64,000 nt of DNA from Phaeosaccion multiseriatum (lineage: Eukaryota > Protista > Ochrophyta, other classes), in contig OZ218963.1 in assembly GCA_965112735.1 (NCBI GenBank), positions 1,116,001 to 1,180,000 of the forward strand. Direction: 5' to 3'. Each line of letters begins with the position of its first letter. Positions within the stretch are counted from its first letter, which is position 1. The notes beneath the pieces were generated by a model, which was given only the letters and a program-made list of their open reading frames with translations, did no database searches and was not told where the DNA came from. Shown here in pieces: positions 50,104 to 62,154 of the stretch. A program made the translations under genes and the position numbers.

Positions 50104-50688
50104 CTAAAACGGCGGTGTCTTTTTTAAAAAAAAACTAAAAGGTAAGTGCCTCTCGATAAGTACTTCTATTACTTTAACTGGGGTGCCCTCCCTGCATGCT
50201 AGAGGCGTGGTTGAAACAAGCCGCAGCCCTCTAATACTCTGCCTTGTAGTGTCACCAACCCCTTCCCCCTCTCTCCCGCCCGGCCGCCCACAACCAGCCA
50301 GCGCCCGTCACTAGTAGCGCTTCCCCCCCCCCCCTCCACTCCTCCCCCCTTCTTTGCAGCGGTTGCAAAGAGCACGCAGCCCTCAGTTTATCTGTTCACT
50401 CAGTTGATCTGTTCGCGCTGGCAGCAGCGGCCGCCTCCCCGTCCCCCAAACTCATCGCCTCGGTGCCTGACTCGTCTGTCCTGTCCTGCCTTCTCTCCCC
50501 AAGCTTTCTACGTCATGCTCTCTTGCGTCATGCCTCGTCTGGCTGCCCTTCGGCTGCCCTTGTTGCCCTTCAACAGCACCCGAGCCATTCATTCCATGGC
50601 CGCGCACCTCTGCCCTGCCCGCGCCGCCGCGTACCGGCTCCACCCATCCATCCATCAGCAGCTCAGGAGGTCTGCTCAGGAGGTCTGC

Positions 50689-52134
50689 TCAGGAGGTCTG
50701 TGCTGCCTTGAGGAGCCCTTGCCCCCGCAGCAGCTCCTCCGCCTTGGCAGCGTCGCCCCTCTCCTCGGTGGGAAGCAGCGCCTCGAGCTTCAAGCCGCTC
50801 ATCACCTCGGCCATAGCTTCATCAACACCATCACTACTCCCCGTCCCTTCCGTCCCCGCTGCCACTGCCGCTGGTGCTGCTGCTGCTGCTGCTGTAGCGG
50901 CCACCGCGCCACAGAGGCTCTTCTTCGTCTCCCCGAGGGTCAGGGCAACAAACTTGGCCATGTTTCCGCCGGCCTCGCCGAAGTCATCCAGGTACGACGG
51001 GGCGGTAAAAAGGAAAGAGAGGTCAAGCCCCCGGGCCCCCGGCTTCTTTGTTGCCCCCTCTTCAGCAGGAGCGGCAGCAGGAGCAGCCGCCAAAGAGCCC
51101 AACTGCTCCGCCAAATACAGATCCGCCTTCGGCACATCGATCTGCAAGTCCGGCAAAAACTCCAATACATCCCCGAAACCCTGTGGTGTGGTGACACCGA
51201 AAAGAAGAAAAAAAAGTGAAAGAACACGCACAGGAAAGGGCTTTCAGTTTGTTGGTTTCGTTACAGTTTCTTTTCTTTTTCTTTCCTTCCACACCTCACT
51301 CTCACCTCCCTCCGGTTGTGCCTCCCCACCCCCCCCCCCCATTCCTCTCACCTTAGCAAAGCACTCATCCGTGGCAAGTCCCTCCTCCCTCAGGGCGCGG
51401 AAGAAGCCCTTGAGAGCCATTCGGTCCTTGTCCTTCTTCTCCAGACAGTGGCTCAGACAGTTGGCGACGATTGCCCAGTGGTGCTCCGGGCAGCCGAGCT
51501 CTCTCACGCACTGCATCGCTTCCTCCGCGTCTTCCGTCGTCACGAACTGTGAGATGCGACGGATGGTAGCAGAGCAGACGGGAACGAACAGATGGCAGCA
51601 GATGGGCGGTATGCCGAGTCAGAACAAGAAGAAGCGAGGAGAGGGGAAAGTAGTACAACATTTCATTCTCCCACTCGCATGCAAGGAGACAAAACGAAAC
51701 GACAGCCCCCCCCCCCCCTCTCTCTCTCTCTCTCTTCACGGGGTGGAGGTGTCTTGCTCTTCTGTACTGCCCCCCCTGCCTCCCTCCCTCCTCTCCTCCT
51801 CCCCCTCCCCCTCCCCCTCACCTCCTCGAAGGCCTGCTTGCCCTTCTTCTTGGCCTCTGCTTCCGTCGTTCCGGCGCCCGGCGCTGCCGGAGAGGCAGAG
51901 GGTCGACCGCCTAATCAGTGAGAGTGAGAAGGCACACACACGCACCACACGCACGCGCACACACACACACACACACACACATATTGAGCAGGGCGAGGTT
52001 ACGTTTAACGCTTTCGCTTGCACAAGCCCGAGACATTCACTCCGTCTTCTCCTGCTGTGCCAAACGGGAAGAGCTGCCGATGGAAAGAGAGATGGAAGAG
52101 AGAGCGAGAGCAAGAGCGAGCGAGCGAGCGAGCC

Positions 52135-52168
<34 letters not shown>

Positions 52169-53324
52169 AAGAGACATTAAGGAGACACCTGCCCCCTCCT
52201 CTGAAACTGACCTTCAGTCGACGGCGAGTCGTCCACAGGGAAGCTCGTGGCGTTGGCCGGCAGCCCGTCGATGGCGATACTCGGGGAGGAAAGGGAGGAC
52301 GAGAGGGGGGGCCTACCCGAGCCCGAGCCAGACCTCGCACTGCCAGGCGTAGACCTCTTGCTTGACGCCCCCCCTCCCGGGCTCCGGTCTCTGCTGCGGT
52401 CCTTCTTGCCGCCCTTCTTGCCGTCCTTGTCCTTGCTGCCCTTGCTCCTCCTCTCCCCGCTGCTGCTGCCCCCTCCTGCCAACGCCGCAAAGCCCCCTCC
52501 TCCCCCGCTATTGCTGCTGCTGCTCGCACTTCGCCGAAGCCCTCCTGGCCCCGCCCCCCCCTTGCCGTCCTTCCTCGACGAGCTTCCGCCAGCCCTGTGC
52601 AGCGAGTCTTGTGTGCTCTTGCTCTTACTCATACCGCCCACCTGACTCCACCCACCCCCGTCCCCTCCCCCCCCCTTACGCCCCTTCACGGGCACCTTTT
52701 CCCATCCGTCGTCCTCTCCGTCGCCCCCGCCCTTGGCGCCTCCGTCCCCTCCCCTCGCTGGCGAGGCCGAAGACGACTTACTGAGACCCGGGCTGCTCCC
52801 CCCTCCTCCTCTGGACCCCGAGCGTGCGTCTTGGCTGCCCCCCCCCCCGGATGAGCTATTGCTCGAGCTATTCCGCCCCCCTCCGCTGCCGCCACCCCCC
52901 CCTCTATACTCACGCCCTCCTCTTTGCCGACCGGCCTCGCGAGCCTTCACCTCCTCTTCCCTGTTGTTGTTCGGCGTGTCAGGTTCGGCGTGTCAGGTTC
53001 AGTTTCAGTGTATTAGGCCCTACCAGACACCCATCAACAAATCCATACTGACCATCCTTCGAGGTGCGTGAAGCAAGGAATACAGTCCAGGGGAAACCCA
53101 GCCAACCCACCAACCCACCTCACACGTAGAGGCAGACAAACATACATACACACATACATACAGACAGACAAACATACATACATACAGACAGACAGAGACA
53201 AACATACACACGTACATACAGACAGACAAACATATACACATACAGACAGACAGAGACAAACAGAGTGCTCGCACAAAGTGTTTGCTGTGGACTTTCCTGA
53301 CTTCTTCTACCACCCCCTCTCCCC

Positions 53325-53357
<33 letters not shown>

Positions 53358-54842
53358 CTTTTGCTCTCCCCTGTGCCCTTTGACCCTGGATGAACGACCT
53401 GGCAATGTCCTGGTGCACTTGCGCGATGGTCTTCGCCTTGTCCACCTTCCTCCGGGGCACCCAGTGATTCTCGCGCAGCTCCAGTAGGTCCGCCAGCATG
53501 AAGCGAAGCCTGTGTGTCCAATCGCAAGGGTCAGTTTGCAGGTTTAGTTTCAGCTTGATGTTGATGAGTTTCAGGGTAACGAGGTCTTCGATATCAGGAC
53601 AGAGCAGAGCTCACACACCTGCTGCTGACGCTCTTGTCCTCGGAGATCTTCTTGATGGTCTTGAGGTACCTCTTCATCGCCTGTGTGTGTGTGTGTGTGT
53701 GTACATATACGTAAGGTACTTAGGAAACGGGATTAACCGCACATCGAACCCAGTCTGGGCCAGTCTGGGAGTAATGAGGGTGCTGGAACCCTACCCTCCC
53801 CCCCCCCCATCCTCCTCCTCCCCCCCCTCCCCCCCCTCCCCCCACAGACCTTCGCACACTCCTTGGCCTTTGGGTTGACGGGGGACTGTGCGCTATCGTC
53901 CAACGCCCTCCCCACACAAGTCATGAGCTTCACCATGCACTCGAGCTGTTCCTCATCCGGCTTGTCGGCGTCGCCAAGGAGGTCCACAAGGCTGGCGTGT
54001 ACAGCGCGCTCCTTCAGAAGGTCCACCTTGGGAATTAGAAGCATATAGGCAGGACAGGGCAGGGGGAGGGGGGAGTTGTTTGAAAGCGTTAAGTTGCGAG
54101 GAGTATCAAGAGGAAGAGTGTTGCGAGGAGTATCAAGAGGAAGAGTGTTGCGAGGAGTATCAAGAGGAAGAGTGGCGCTCTCTTGGAGGTCGAGCGAACG
54201 AGCGAGCGAGAGAGAGAGAGGCGGACAAAGAGGTTGAGGAGTGTGTGTTTGTTGCGTGTGGGTGAGGCGCGAGCACCTTCCCCATCTACCCTCCCTTCTC
54301 CATCCACTGCCATCTACCCTCCCTTCTCCATCCACTGCCATAAATTGAAGGCCTCACCCCCACCCACCTTGTACAATTCCCCGATGAAGATCATGTGACC
54401 GAGGTAGGCCTTTCGCAGGAGAAGTGTCTTCTCCGCCTTCTCGTCCTCCTCCAGCGTCTCGTCCTCCTGAGCGAGGCAGGGGAGTGCAGGGCGGCAGTTG
54501 ATGATACACACACACACACATAGGTATATCAGTCACTCAGTTGAGAGACAGGCAGGGCAGGGCAGTAGTTGGTGATACACAAAAACACACAAATTCTTCG
54601 TTGATTCTTCTTTGGTATCGGACTGTACTGTGTAGTGGCGACTACCCACGGTACGGTGACAACACAACGCAAGTCTACAGTACGCGTCCGTCTACACACT
54701 GGTCAGTGAATTGTAGTCTATGAGCGGTCAGTGAATTGTAGTCTATGAGCGGTCATCCCTTGGGAGGTCCTCATAAGTTTGTTCTCTTCATCCCAGCCTA
54801 CACTGCCAGTCAGCCAGCCACACTCGCAGCGTCCTCTGAGTG

Positions 54843-54883
<41 letters not shown>

Positions 54884-57800
54884 CACGCACACACACATAC
54901 ACACACACACATACACACACACACACACACACGCACACACACGCACACACACACACACATACCTGCACGGCTCTGAGCAGCTCCCCCTGGTCCTTCTCAT
55001 ACTCCTCCTGGCACTTGACCAGCAACATCTTCTTGAACTTCTTGGCCCCCTGGGCAGGCATATGGGCAAAGGAGAGTCGGACATCGACATCGACGTCGAG
55101 AACGTACCAGTGAAACCAAAAGAGTGGAGAGGGAGAGTGCAGGGAGTGAGAGGAAAGAAGCGTGTCTCGAGAAAATGACAGTTTCGGTCAGTGGATCGAG
55201 ATCAACAAACTGACTGAAAAAGTGATCTGAATCTGAAACTGAAACAGCCAAACCCTTCCCATTGACGTACGTACCTTGGCGCTGTCGCCACCGTCCACCA
55301 CCAGCCCTGGGAGGGGGGCGCGGGCAATGGCGAGGCATAACTGCGCATACATCGGCGCGAAGTGCGTCTCCATTCTCGCCTGTGCGTGTTTAGAGGTAGA
55401 GGTGTATGGGCCGGGCCAGGAGATCGACATTTAAGTATGGGGGTCCGACATTCGTCTTCGTGCCACAGGCAGCACTTGGGCCAGGTGTGGGTGCGTGTGA
55501 ATATGTGGGTGGGTGGGATAGTCCTTGCCCCTCTGATTGACTCTCGCTCAACAGTCTTGACGTCTCTAATGACTATTTCATCTCACGGACCTTGTCCACG
55601 ATGACGACGATGACTTCGTCGATGACATCCTGCGGGATGGGTGGAAGTGGGCAGGGGTAGAGAGGGAAGGAAGAGCAGGAACCAAGGGAGGGGGACAAGA
55701 GAGAAGAGGGAGGGGAGGAAGAGAGGAAGGGGCGAGAGTAGGCCGGGAGGGGTGTAGAAGAAGGTGAGGAAAAGGATATACCAAGGTGAGGTGTAGTGAG
55801 GTGTAGAAGAAGGTGAGGAAAAGGATATACCAAGGTGACGTGTAGTGAGGTGTAGAAGAAGGTGAGGAAAAGAATATACCAAGGTGAGGTGTAGTGAGGT
55901 GTAGAAGAAGGTGAGGAAAAGAATATACCAAGGTGAGGTGAAGTGAGGTGTAGAAGAAGGTGAGGAAAAGAATATACCAAGGTGAGGTGTAGTGAGGTGT
56001 AGAAGAAGGTGAGGAAAAGAATATACCAAGGTGAGGTGAAGTGAGGTGTAGAAGAAGGTGAGGAAAAGAATATACCAAGGTGAGGTGTAGTGAGGTGTAG
56101 AAGAAGGTGAGGAAAAGAATATACCAAGGTGAGGTGTAGTGAGGTGTAGAAGAAGGTGAGGAAAAGAATATACCAAGGTGAGGTGTAGTGAGGTGTAGAA
56201 GAAGGTGAGGAAAAGAATATACCAAGGTGAGGTGTAGTGAGGTGTAGAAGAAGGTGAGGAAAAGAATATACCAAGGTGACGTGTAGTGAGGTGTAGGAGA
56301 AGGTGAGGAAAAGAATATACCAAGCACCCACCCCATCACCAACTCCACCCGCTGTCCTGACACCCACTGTCCTGACGCCCACTGTCCTGACACCCACTGT
56401 CCTGACACCCACTGTCCTGACGCCCACTGTCCTGACACCCGCTGTCCTGACACCCACTGTCCTGACACCCACCTCGTCCCTGTGGCTGATCTGGTCCATG
56501 AAGGCCTGGCTAAGTCTGTCGAACTTCTCCAGAGTCATCTTGTTGAGAATGCCCCTCGCCTTGCGCATACACAGCTCTGGGCTGTCCTCGGTGGCCTGAG
56601 GAGGGAGCACAGCAACGTAAAAACGTGCGAGAAAGAAAGAAAGAGAGAGAGAGAGACAGAGAGAGATAGACAGAGGGATAGGGAGCGAGGTCGAGTTTAG
56701 TGAACCCCCCCACCTTACTCAATTCATTCACGCCACAGAGCCTTATCCTTAAGAGGCCAGTGAGGGGAAGAAATGAAGCTTCTTGAAGAGGCTCATTCAT
56801 TCTCACTCATTCCATTCACTCACCTTATTCACTTACTCACTCACTCACTCACTCACTCACGCACTCACTCACTCATCCCCTTACTCGCTCATTCATCACT
56901 CACTCATCCCTTCACTCACTCACTCACTCACTCACTCACATCCTCACTCACTCACTCACTCACTCACTCACTCACACCTCACTCACTCACTCACTCACTC
57001 ACATCCTCACTCACTCACTCACTCACTCACACACTCCACTCACTCATCCTCTCTATAACTCACGCACTCACTTCACTCACTTCCTCACTCATCCCCCTCA
57101 CCTACTCACTCACTCACTCGCTCGCCCCCTTCAATCAGTCACTCACTCACTCCACTCACTTTACTCACTTCCTCACGCCCCCCCTCACATACTCAGTCAC
57201 TCACTCACTCCACTCACTCACTCCACTCACTCACTCACTCACTCCACTCACATCCTCACTCACTCACTCACTCACTCACTCACATCCTCACTCACTCACT
57301 CACTCACTCACTCACTCCACTCACCTTCTTCTTCTCGTCCTCCGCCTTCATGTGGTCGGCTTTCCATCGACTCTCCTCGTTGACCGCGAGCGGCACACAG
57401 TCTTCTAAGGCGGGAGCAGTTTCGATAGGCCTTCGTCTATTTCCACCCCCCCGGTTTCCACTGCCTCCTCCACCTCCTCCTCTTCTATTATCATTGGACG
57501 ACCCCCCTCTACCCCCTCCTTGCCCCCCCCCTCCTCGCCCCCCCCCCCCTCCTCCTCCCCCCCCTCCTCGCCCCCCCCCTCCTCCCGCTCCCCCTCCTCC
57601 TCCTCCTCCCCCCCCCCCTCCTCCTCCTTGGCCGAACTCTTCTTTCCCATCCCACAGCAAGTTGAGTTGAGGCGGGGGGTTCAGATGATCTGGCTTGGGC
57701 GTCGCTCCGGGCTCGGGCCGAAGCTTGAGCAGCTCGGGAATGGTATACTTCCGGGATGCATACGGGTCTCCTCCTCCTCCTCTTTCGCCATTCAGGGGGA

Positions 57801-59125
57801 CAGCAAACGGCTTCCCAACCGGCGCATCGGTCGAAGCAGACGTAGCAGTTGGTGATACAGCAGCCCGTGGAGGGGATTTGCTCCGTGACCGTGGTCGAGT
57901 TGTCGTGTTGGGGGAGGGGGAGCGAGAGCGTCCGTGTGACGCCGCCTTGCCCTTGCCGGACGGGGAAGACAACACTGCTCGTGCTGGTGTATCACCAACT
58001 GCTGCTGCTTCTGCTGCTGGTGGTGACAGTGGTGCTCCTCCTGCCGATTCTGCTGCTTTCTCTGCCACCGGAGGGGCGGCGCCGGGGGGCAGGGGGGGCG
58101 GCACATCTTCCGCAGGGACGGCAGTTGATGGCGCTACCTCGTCCCCCTCTCCTCCTCCTCCTCCCCCTCCTCCTCCTCCTTCCCCAGCGGCTGCTGCCGC
58201 CGCCGCCGCCGCTGCTGCTGCTGCCGCCTCTTCCTTTCTGGCAGCCAGCCGAGCCAATCCCGACGGCGCCGCCTTCTTCCCTTCCTTTTGCTCGCCACCC
58301 TTGGCCTCGCTGCTGCAATCACGCGTACCATTGACGCCCAGCAACACGCGTTTCTCTTTATCGTCTCCTGAAGCTTCCACAGACTCATCAAACTGTAGCA
58401 CACAGAAACGCACAAAACAAACGAAACAAGGACGGGTGTTTGAACAAAGGGTGCAGGAGTCTGATCGATGCACAGCCCGCGAGAGTACCGTCATCATACT
58501 AAGAAGTTCCACAGATACGTGTATACGTTACGTACGTAGGTACGTACGGGGGCATGCACTTATGGGTGTGAGTGACCCAATGTCCCGATTTGTTCCTTAC
58601 CTTGGGCACAAAGACCGGTGCTCCCTTGTTGGGGGTCCATTCTTTCGCAGTTGCCTTAAGAACGGGCGTCTTCTCCTTGCTGACCCCTTCTCCCACAGCG
58701 GCCCCCTCGCCTGCGTCCACAGCCTTCTTCACTGGCGTCCCTTGTGTCGCCTTTCCTGCTCCTTCTCTTTCCCCTACTGCTTCTGCTGCCGCCGCCGCCG
58801 GCGCTGCCACTGCAGACGCCTTGGCTGCTGGTGAGGGTACTGGTGCTGCTGGTGCAGCTGGTGAAGCTGCTGCTTGTGCTCCTCCTTCTCCTTCTCCCGA
58901 CAAAGTCTTCTCAACAGAAGCGTCACCTTGCCCTCCTGCCTTCCCTCCCCCGCCCTTGACTTGTTGCTCAACGTCCTCCTCCTTGCCCTTGTTTGTGCTC
59001 GCGGCGGCCTCGCCACCCTCCTCCTGGCTGGGCTCGGCAATAGTCATGCTAACCGCTGCTGATGGCGTCCATTCGGAGGCCCCCGGTCGCAGCTTCAGTG
59101 CGTTCGGTGTGGTCGGCTTCGCCAT
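50689..59125 (-). CDS. EIF4G: Eukaryotic translation initiation factor 4G (eIF4E-binding motif, MIF4G, MA3)
   Basis: eIF4E-binding motif YTIPELL. MIF4G: [84 protein letters not shown]3: [12 protein letters not shown]...[11 protein letters not shown]. The start may lie further upstream (~59373). Confidence 0.93.
55752..56323. repeat. 49-bp minisatellite (~11.5 copies) in an eIF4G intron
   Basis: gtgtagaagaaggtgaggaaaagaatataccaaggtgaggtgtagtgag, period 49. Confidence 0.95.
56348..56472. repeat. 15-bp tandem repeat starting at an eIF4G splice donor
   Basis: Minus strand gtgggtgtcaggaca x8. Confidence 0.92.
56810..57323. repeat. Degenerate (CACT)n/(GTGA)n array in an eIF4G intron
   Basis: Direct inspection. 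Confidence 0.9.
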
Positions 59126-59730
59126 TGTCACTGCGCCGGCGTCTCTGGTCAACACAGAAGTCTGGAGGACGACAAAAACAACAACAAGAACACGAATAAC
59201 AAGCGAGAAAAAAGGTGTACAGTGAAAGGGCAGCAATGCTCTAAACGTGTACGGCAATGGGGCATTGCAGCAACAGGTGTGAGATCCTTGAGTAAATCCT
59301 TGAGAGGAGGGAGGGAGCGACGAGCCTTGGTGACTGACATTCCTCCCCTAGCAAATGGTTCTTTCCTGTCCATAATTAATTGGTCCTACCTCCAATCCTT
59401 CCCTTGTTACGGATGCGCTTGTGTCTTCACACAGGCCTGGACTTGTCACCAATCGAGTCCTGGTGTTGGGTGGCGGTAGCCGCAGCAGACACTGCTCCCA
59501 AGTCCGGGCACCTCAGTAGTTGGCGAGTAGAGCCTCGACCCACCGCTTACCCACACACAAGCACCAGCGCTCTATCTCCGCATATCTTCGCCGCTTCCAC
59601 ACCTTCCTCGCTTTTGCGGCGCCTCGTCGCCCGCTCCATCCAAACTAGTTTTCAGTTTCAATGCTTAGGACGACTCGACTCCAAATATAGAAACGGGTTT
59701 TCCGTCGTGTCGCTCGGTAAGTGTGTGCGG

Positions 59731-60070
59731 TCAACCCCTGACGTCGACCCTGGACAAGGTTACGGTGTGCGCCGGCCGTAATCAGTAATCAGGCCGGCTG
59801 GTCACCGGCTGTGTATCAGCAACCAGGCCAGCTGGCGCCGGCCATTTCCTCGCATAATCAGAAATCAGGCCGGCTGGCGCTGGTCATAGTCAGTAATCAG
59901 GCCGCCGCCGCCGCTGCCGGCCGTAATCTGATTACAGCCGGCTGGCGCCGGCTGTACTGAGTAATCAGATAATCTTGTCCAGGCAGGGTCGACTGGCTGA
60001 GGACGAATTACCGCCCACATTCTCGATAGAGCGCTAGCTAGCGGATAGCGGATAGTGCATCACGGGTTGA
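59731..60070. mobile_element. Composite of TCGRCCCC-family MITEs: inner element 59744-59992 inserted in an older outer copy
   Basis: Inner TIRs TCGACCCTGGACAAGGTTA / TAATCTTGTCCAGG(CAGG)GTCGA with TAATCAG repeats. Outer ends are TCAACCCCTGACG and GATAGTGCATCACGGGTTGA. Confidence 0.75.
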
Positions 60071-61026
60071 GAGGGGGAGCGAGGAGCGAGAGGAGGAGCT
60101 TGTCGTGACGAAGAAAACTGCGCCAAGCCTTGGAGCCGGCCGGTGTGTCCATATTCCCAGGCCTTCCTGTAGCCCCCTCCTCCGTCGTACCGTCGCTCCA
60201 GACGCTTCATGAGCCTTCTCGAGAAGGCAAGCAACCAGCCAGGCAGTGCGTGCTCCGGCGAGAGGGGCAACTCGTCCGCACCGTAGGTACTTGGGATGAG
60301 CAGACCAGCGTGTTGCTTGTCGCACTATAGTTAGCTCCCCCCCCTTGCTTGTCGCCTCCCTCGTCTGTGAGCGGGAGTCATCACAGGCATGATGACGGAG
60401 CAGGGCGGAGGGCCGAAGTCGCTTGTGAAGCCTTCGATCTCACAAGAGTATCAAGCCGCACCGACCGACTAGCTAGCACGGCGAAGTACGCTAAAGCACG
60501 ACAAAGCACGACAAGGCACGACAAGACACGACAACGCGGTGTCACCTCACTGACCTCCATAGAGTGCCTTGCCCCAGCACTTGACGTCGTCTCCTGTACG
60601 GACAGTGCAAAGAGAGGAGCACAACAGTTTCAGAAAGAGTCGCTCAGCCCAGCCAATCGACCGACCGCAAGACCGCAAGCTAGCAAGGTGGCCACTCTCA
60701 TATGCCAGGACAGAAGAAGGGCAACACAGCAACCACCCCCACACGTAGCGGTCTTGTAGCAGCCAAGCGGGTGTAGAGCGTGCCTCTGCTCTCGACCGCT
60801 CACCTGTATCAAGCAACGCGCAGGACGAATCGTAACTCGCCGCGATGGCCGTTGCGGTTCTACCCGTGCCCAAGTCAACAGCGGTCTATGACGTCACGGC
60901 ACATTCGTGGGTACATGACGGAGAGGCACAAGCAGGGGAGGGGGTGTAAGGGTTGGAGATGGCACTCGACGCAAACGTGAGGAAGCCGCCCACGACGTCA
61001 CGAAGGGCATTCCGACGGCGGAAAGG

Positions 61027-61126
61027 AGGAGGAGCGAGGAGGAGGAGGAGGAGGAGGAGGAGGAGGAGGAGGAGGAGGAGGAGGAGGAGGAGGAGGAGGA
61101 GGAGGAGGAGGAGGAGGAGGAGGAGG
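61027..61126. repeat. (GGA)n microsatellite
   Basis: Direct inspection. Confidence 0.95.
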
Positions 61127-61320
61127 GCGGGGTGGACGCGCGAGACACCGCCGCTGCGGCTTTTTGTAACGCCTGGCTGGTTCTTGGACGCGGTGGGGAC
61201 GGGTACAGTGGGTCTGATGCTGGCCAGTGCTTTGCGGGTGCCGCGCTTCAGAAGGGGGCCGCCCGCCTCGACTCCGCACCTGCCTCTTAATTCGCGGGAG
61301 GGAAGCAGTGCTTCCTAGCT

Positions 61321-61478
61321 TCGACCCCTGATACACTATCGCCACATTCTCGATAGCGCGCTATCGGGCCCCGGCGATAGCGGATAGCGCGCCGGCTGGC
61401 GGATAGCACGCCCCAACAACCCCCCAAAGCCGGCTGGCGCCGGCGATAGCGGATAGCGGATAGTGTATCAGGGGTCGA
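61321..61478. mobile_element. MITE, TCGRCCCC-terminus family (GATAGCG subtype)
   Basis: Perfect 20-bp TIR TCGACCCCTGATACACTATC; 6-bp flanking duplication CTAGCT. Confidence 0.9.
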
Positions 61479-62154
61479 CTAGCTAGCTAGCCCCCCCAGA
61501 CTGGCCGCTCTCAGCCAAGCAAGGCAGCAACACTAGCTAGAGCCGCTTGTCCTTCTCTCGCCACGCCCTGCCTTCTGCGCCTTTTTGTCGTTTGGGTACC
61601 TTCTCTCCTTGCTTGTGGTTTTGCTTCTTGTTGTCCTTCTCAGACCTCGCTCTCCTCGCGGAAGGAGAGCCAATCCCAGCTGTTGCGAATAATAATAAGA
61701 AGAGGTTTCCCGGCCGCCCTGGCTGCACACCAGTGCCTACCATCTGCCAGTGGTGGTAGCCTCGCTGTCTGCCTGCTGATCTGTCAGACCTTTTTTCTTT
61801 TTCTTCTTGTGTCCCCTCGGCTTTCACGTTTTCGGCCCGGCCGTGAGAAGTTCCTTGCAAACCCGAAATTGAAAATTTCGTCCCCCCCTTTATTCGCGAC
61901 GGAGCGAGAAGACTATTGCTCTGTATGTGCACGCCACGCCTCTCCACTTAGAGCGTCGCTAATAATAAGCTGAGGACAGGGACGCCTAGGAGAGAATCGG
62001 ATTCGACAATGGAGCGAGAAGCAGTAGCGACCTACGGAAACAGACATTTGCTGAAGAAGGGGGGCGACTGATGGGAGGTCAAGTAATTAGTGAACGTGCG
62101 TGTACGATCGGAAGGTCAAGGCTGAGGGGTGTTTGGGATTAGCTCTGTGCTGCC

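Noticed and set aside
50404-52180. Long plus-strand ORFs (also 57695-58834)
   Set aside because: Antisense shadows of GC-rich eIF4G exons.
55573-56610. 345-aa repetitive hydrophobic ORF
   Set aside because: Only the first ~45 codons are an eIF4G exon; the rest is intronic minisatellite.
60070-61950. Short ORFs between the MITEs
   Set aside because: No recognisable motifs or transposase signature; probably decayed or noncoding.
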